Of a stretch of DNA of 64,000 nucleotides, positions 60,628 to 64,000 are shown piece by piece; within the stretch, counting starts at the first letter, position 1, and each line of letters starts with the position of its first letter. The DNA lies in assembly GCA_964486045.1 (NCBI GenBank), contig CAZALK010000009.1, forward strand, positions 64,001 to 128,000, written 5' to 3'. The position numbers and the translations under genes are program-made. The notes under the pieces were generated by a model. The model worked only from the letters and a program-made list of their open reading frames with translations. It made no database searches and was not told where the DNA came from. The stretch comes from an uncultured archaeon. Its GTDB lineage: Archaea > Asgardarchaeota > Lokiarchaeia > Sigyniarchaeales > SOKP01.

Positions 60628-61465
60628 AAAAATGGTAGTAAATGGAATTGAAGAAAGGAAGTTTGATATAGGAATTAACGAAACAGTTGAGATAAACGCT
60701 GCTCCAAATGGAGAACCATTGGAATATAAAGAATTAAATGAACAAATTCATCAAGCAGTTAATGCGCATAATAAAAAAATCATTTTACATAATGTATGCG
60801 GTCAAAGATTCATAGGAGCTGCCTTACAAGGAGACATTGAAATTGAAATTGATGGGATCCCTGGAAATGATCTGGGTATTTTCATGGATGGTCCAAAAAT
60901 TTTTGTTGATGGAAATTGTGAAGATCAATCTGGGAATACTATGAACGATGGAACAATGATAATTAACGGAGATGGTGGCGACGTCATAGGATTATCTTCG
61001 AGAGGAGGAAAAATTTATATTAAAGGAGACGTCGGATATCGTGTAGGGATTCATATGAAAGAGTATGAGGATAAACATCCTGTGATAATTATTGGTGGCA
61101 CAGCTAAAGACTTTTTGGGTGAATATATGGCCGGTGGAATCATTATTGTACTTGGTTTAACATTCTTGAAAGATGGAATTATACTTGAAAATGGTCGGAC
61201 AGTATGTGGTAATGAATTGGGAACTGGAATTCATAGAGGAAGTATTTTTTTGAGAACAAATGAGAACTTAGAAGAGAAGCTTGGCGTTGGGGCAAAAATT
61301 TCAGATTATGGAGATAATGAACAGGCTGAAATTATGCCTTACTTAATTGACTACTGTAAAACATTCAACATTCCATTAGATCTAGTTATTAATAAATCGT
61401 TTAAAGTAATCAAACCAATATCAAAAAGACCTTTTGGAGGTACCTATTGTAGTCAATTAATTTAA
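60614..61465 (+). CDS. gltB3: Glutamate synthase domain 3 (GXGXG beta-helix, GltB3)
   Basis: GQRFIG, GIPGNDLG, GDVGYRVGIHM, FLGEYMAGG; start may be ATG 60632. Confidence 0.93.
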   Translation: MLGNKKMVVNGIEERKFDIGINETVEINAAPNGEPLEYKELNEQIHQAVNAHNKKIILHNVCGQRFIGAALQGDIEIEIDGIPGNDLGIFMDGPKIFVDGNCEDQSGNTMNDGTMIINGDGGDVIGLSSRGGKIYIKGDVGYRVGIHMKEYEDKHPVIIIGGTAKDFLGEYMAGGIIIVLGLTFLKDGIILENGRTVCGNELGTGIHRGSIFLRTNENLEEKLGVGAKISDYGDNEQAEIMPYLIDYCKTFNIPLDLVINKSFKVIKPISKRPFGGTYCSQLI

Positions 61466-61546
61466 TCCTAATTTTTCTAAAAATCAAAAAGGAGACTTAT
61501 TCTGGAAATTAATAGCTCTTCTTCCGATTTTTTTTGATTTTGAAAA

Positions 61547-62182
61547 CTATTTTTCTGCAAACACAAATAGATGAGATGAATCTCCCCACTTCGGAGATTC
61601 TTTTACAGATTTAGACCAGATTATTTTAAATCCAATATTTTTGAGCATGATTAAGTTAGTTTTTTTATCGAAACCACTCCAATACATCTTCACTCCTCTA
61701 TCAAAGAAATCTTTTGCATAAGATTCAGGATCATCACTTATATGAAATACCAAAATAACAACACCCTTAATTTTTAACATCCGATAGAAATTACTCAATA
61801 AATCAAAATGTTCATCTCGGGGCACATGAATTATCGAATAATAAGACAATATACCATCAAAATTTTCATCAGGATAGTTGATTTTAGTCATATCTTTACA
61901 AATAAACTCAGCTTTAGGTGCATTTTTTCTTGCTAATTTGATTTGCTTTTCAGAAATATCTACGCCTGTAACTTTAAATTTATCACTTAAATAGTGAGAA
62001 TAAACACCATTCCCACAACCAGCATCTAAAACTAGACCACCTGGGGGTATTCTTGAGCTAAAGTTTGCTAAGTAGTGTAATTCTTCATTTCCCTCTTTTT
62101 CTAAACCAGATATTTCCTGCAGCCTTTCAGCTACCTTATTGTATCCTGTACGAACAATTTCTTTTTTTTCCATATGAACCAC
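61547..62182 (-). CDS. Class I SAM-dependent methyltransferase
   Basis: VLDAGCGNG, VTGVDIS, FDGI, YSIIHVP. Confidence 0.92.
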   Translation of the reverse strand: MVHMEKKEIVRTGYNKVAERLQEISGLEKEGNEELHYLANFSSRIPPGGLVLDAGCGNGVYSHYLSDKFKVTGVDISEKQIKLARKNAPKAEFICKDMTKINYPDENFDGILSYYSIIHVPRDEHFDLLSNFYRMLKIKGVVILVFHISDDPESYAKDFFDRGVKMYWSGFDKKTNLIMLKNIGFKIIWSKSVKESPKWGDSSHLFVFAEK

Positions 62183-62262
62183 TTAATATACCACTCTCAA
62201 TTAATTTAGAGCCATTGACTGAAATCAATGAATTATAACAGAATAAAATACGAAAGAATTAT

Positions 62263-64000
62263 TTAATCCATAAGACTTTCTAATTGATTTACAAAATCTT
62301 CATATTGTTTTATCCCGAGTTTCCAAAAGTCAGGTTTTGTAATATCTAACCCAACAATTCTTCCTAACTCTTCTGGAGATAAACTTCCACCTGAAGAAAG
62401 CAATTTTTTAAATTTAGGAACGAAGCTTTTCCCTTCTTTCTTATATGTTTGATATAAGGCATACACAAATAACTGAGCATAAACATATGGATAATTATAA
62501 AACCTATGATTAGGCATGTAATAATGTTGTTTCATTGTCCATTCCCAATCCATTTCTTCAAACCATTCAACAGAATCACCGTAAATTTTGTCTCTCCCAG
62601 CACACCAATATTTTGACACCGTTTTTCCATCCAGGTGTACACCATTCTCGATAGCATCATAAAGGCTTTGTTCAAACCATACACGAGCACTCACTTGAAA
62701 AGCCGCTTGACCAGCTTCATCTAAAACATGTGCTATAATCACCATCTTTTCTTCTTTTGTTTCGGCCTTTTCAAGTAGTAAATCCGTCATAAGCAATTCT
62801 CCAAATGTAGAGGCTGTTTCCGCCACGGTAGATCCGTAATGAGAATTAATATATGTCTGATTTCGTGAGACTAAGTATTCATGTATAGCATGGCCAAGTT
62901 CATGAGTCAGTGTATATACTTGTCGTAAAGCACCACCAAAGGATAATAATATAAACGCAGTTTTCCCTCTATACCATCCAGAACAATATGCACCGTTTCT
63001 TTTGCCCTTTCTTGGGCTACCATCAATATGATTCTTTTCAAACATATCTTTAGCATACTCTAAGAACGATTCATCAAAACGACTGAAAGATTCAAATACA
63101 AGGTCTTTTACCTCTTCCCACTCATATTTTTTGTGGGGGGCATTTAGAAGTGGAGCAACAACATCTGCACAAGTTAATTTAGGCAAACTAAGAAGTTTAG
63201 CTTTAATTTTTAGATATTTTTGGTAGACTCCCACGTTCTTTTCAATAGCTTGTATTAAACTATCTATGATTTCTTGAGTGGTATCATTTCCTATAAGACT
63301 GGCGTGCATAGGGCTATTATATTCTCTACGTTTAGAAATTTTAACCCAATCAGCACAAACATTTCGTAGAGCAGAAGTAAAAATTTCTTCATCTTTTCCT
63401 AATAATCCATATATAGATTTATTTGCTGAAATTCTTGTGTTTCTATCTGGATGAGTAAATAAATTGTTTGCTTCCCCATAAGGGAGAATTTTTTCCTCTC
63501 CCTCAACATTTACTTTTATTTCTCTTGTATTTAGCCAGGCACCCTGTAATTGGCTCCATGCTCTCACGCCATGTTGATCTTTTTCAAGAATTATTTGTTC
63601 TTCAATTTCTGATAGTTTATGAGGAAAAGCTCTGTAAATCTTTTTTAAATGATGTTTATAATTTGATATTGTTGGATCAGAAATTATATCCTTGTTTTCA
63701 TAGATATATTTCCCTATTTCTAAATCCAAAAATGTCAGCTTCTTGGATATTTGAGTTTGAAATTCTCTATATTTATTATTGAGGGCTTGAGTTTCCGGAA
63801 GTGTCATATTAGCATTAAAAGAGTTTGTTGCAAATACTCCTAAACCACCAGTTCTGGCTGAAAAATCTTCTATTTTTTTAAATAGTTTATTCAAATCATC
63901 TGCATTAAAATTTTTAATATCTATTTTGCCTTTATATTCCGTTACAAATTGGTCTGCCTCTTTACTTACAGATTGCATCAAGTCTTGTATCTTTGGGTCG
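62263..64000 (-). CDS. pepF: M3B oligoendopeptidase F (5' end outside the window)
   Basis: RKGKRNGAYC, TLTHELGHAIH, AETASTFGE, FYNYPY; frame open to the window edge. Confidence 0.93.
   Translation of the reverse strand, partial: DPKIQDLMQSVSKEADQFVTEYKGKIDIKNFNADDLNKLFKKIEDFSARTGGLGVFATNSFNANMTLPETQALNNKYREFQTQISKKLTFLDLEIGKYIYENKDIISDPTISNYKHHLKKIYRAFPHKLSEIEEQIILEKDQHGVRAWSQLQGAWLNTREIKVNVEGEEKILPYGEANNLFTHPDRNTRISANKSIYGLLGKDEEIFTSALRNVCADWVKISKRREYNSPMHASLIGNDTTQEIIDSLIQAIEKNVGVYQKYLKIKAKLLSLPKLTCADVVAPLLNAPHKKYEWEEVKDLVFESFSRFDESFLEYAKDMFEKNHIDGSPRKGKRNGAYCSGWYRGKTAFILLSFGGALRQVYTLTHELGHAIHEYLVSRNQTYINSHYGSTVAETASTFGELLMTDLLLEKAETKEEKMVIIAHVLDEAGQAAFQVSARVWFEQSLYDAIENGVHLDGKTVSKYWCAGRDKIYGDSVEWFEEMDWEWTMKQHYYMPNHRFYNYPYVYAQLFVYALYQTYKKEGKSFVPKFKKLLSSGGSLSPEELGRIVGLDITKPDFWKLGIKQYEDFVNQLESLMD

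Noticed and set aside
23278-61549. Genome-wide reassignment of TAG
   Set aside because: TAG ends five genes at plausible termini (23278, 25876, 29729, 38181, 61547); 29729 matches its paralog's end; premature TGA and TAA also occur
782-63782. Many short ORF-track entries antisense to or nested in real genes (e.g. 782..1033, 4805..5089, 18691..19017, 34962..35303, 55888..56199, 63468..63782)
   Set aside because: Shadow frames of well-supported genes, with no motifs of their own
1-64000. tRNA, rRNA, CRISPR arrays, transposases or integrases
   Set aside because: None seen by eye in intergenic regions or translations; tRNAscan-SE, Infernal and a repeat finder would be needed to exclude small elements

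Overview
AT-rich archaeal DNA, most likely a Lokiarchaeia (Promethearchaeota, Asgard) chromosome. This is inferred from a Loki-type LRR protein, TPR proteins with a longin-like C-terminus, a Loki-CTERM-like tail, GGAGGTGA-type ribosome-binding sites and an archaeal split glutamate synthase. About 3.7-32 kb is a lipid/acyl-CoA island: 3 acyl-CoA ligases, 2 crotonases, thiolase, 3-hydroxyacyl-CoA dehydrogenase, 3 FabK/nitronate-monooxygenase-like flavoenzymes plus a remnant of a fourth, alkyl-sulfatase-like hydrolases, a cytoplasmic DmsAB-like pair and a QueG-like protein. About 33.7-61.5 kb is glutamine-centred (carAB, nadE, glnA, gltB1-B2-B3) and is interrupted by a decayed accessory patch at about 50-55 kb. 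Three observations stand out. (1) A small Cys-rich zinc-ribbon family (CxxCG-x6-KICxxC ... KWxC ... LxYE-stop) has one member directly upstream of glnA and a two-domain member upstream of the GOGAT operon, with a hidden winged-helix gene and a perfect palindrome; this is a candidate undescribed nitrogen-control system. (2) An HdrB-HdrC fusion sits in place of GltD in the GOGAT operon, a candidate thiol-coupled glutamate synthase. (3) Several genes appear to start at ATA/ATT/CTG at correct SD spacing, so the ORF track misses or truncates them. Single in-frame stops interrupt several accessory genes but no core gene. I saw no rRNA, tRNA, CRISPR array or transposase. All family calls come from motif recognition, not database searches.
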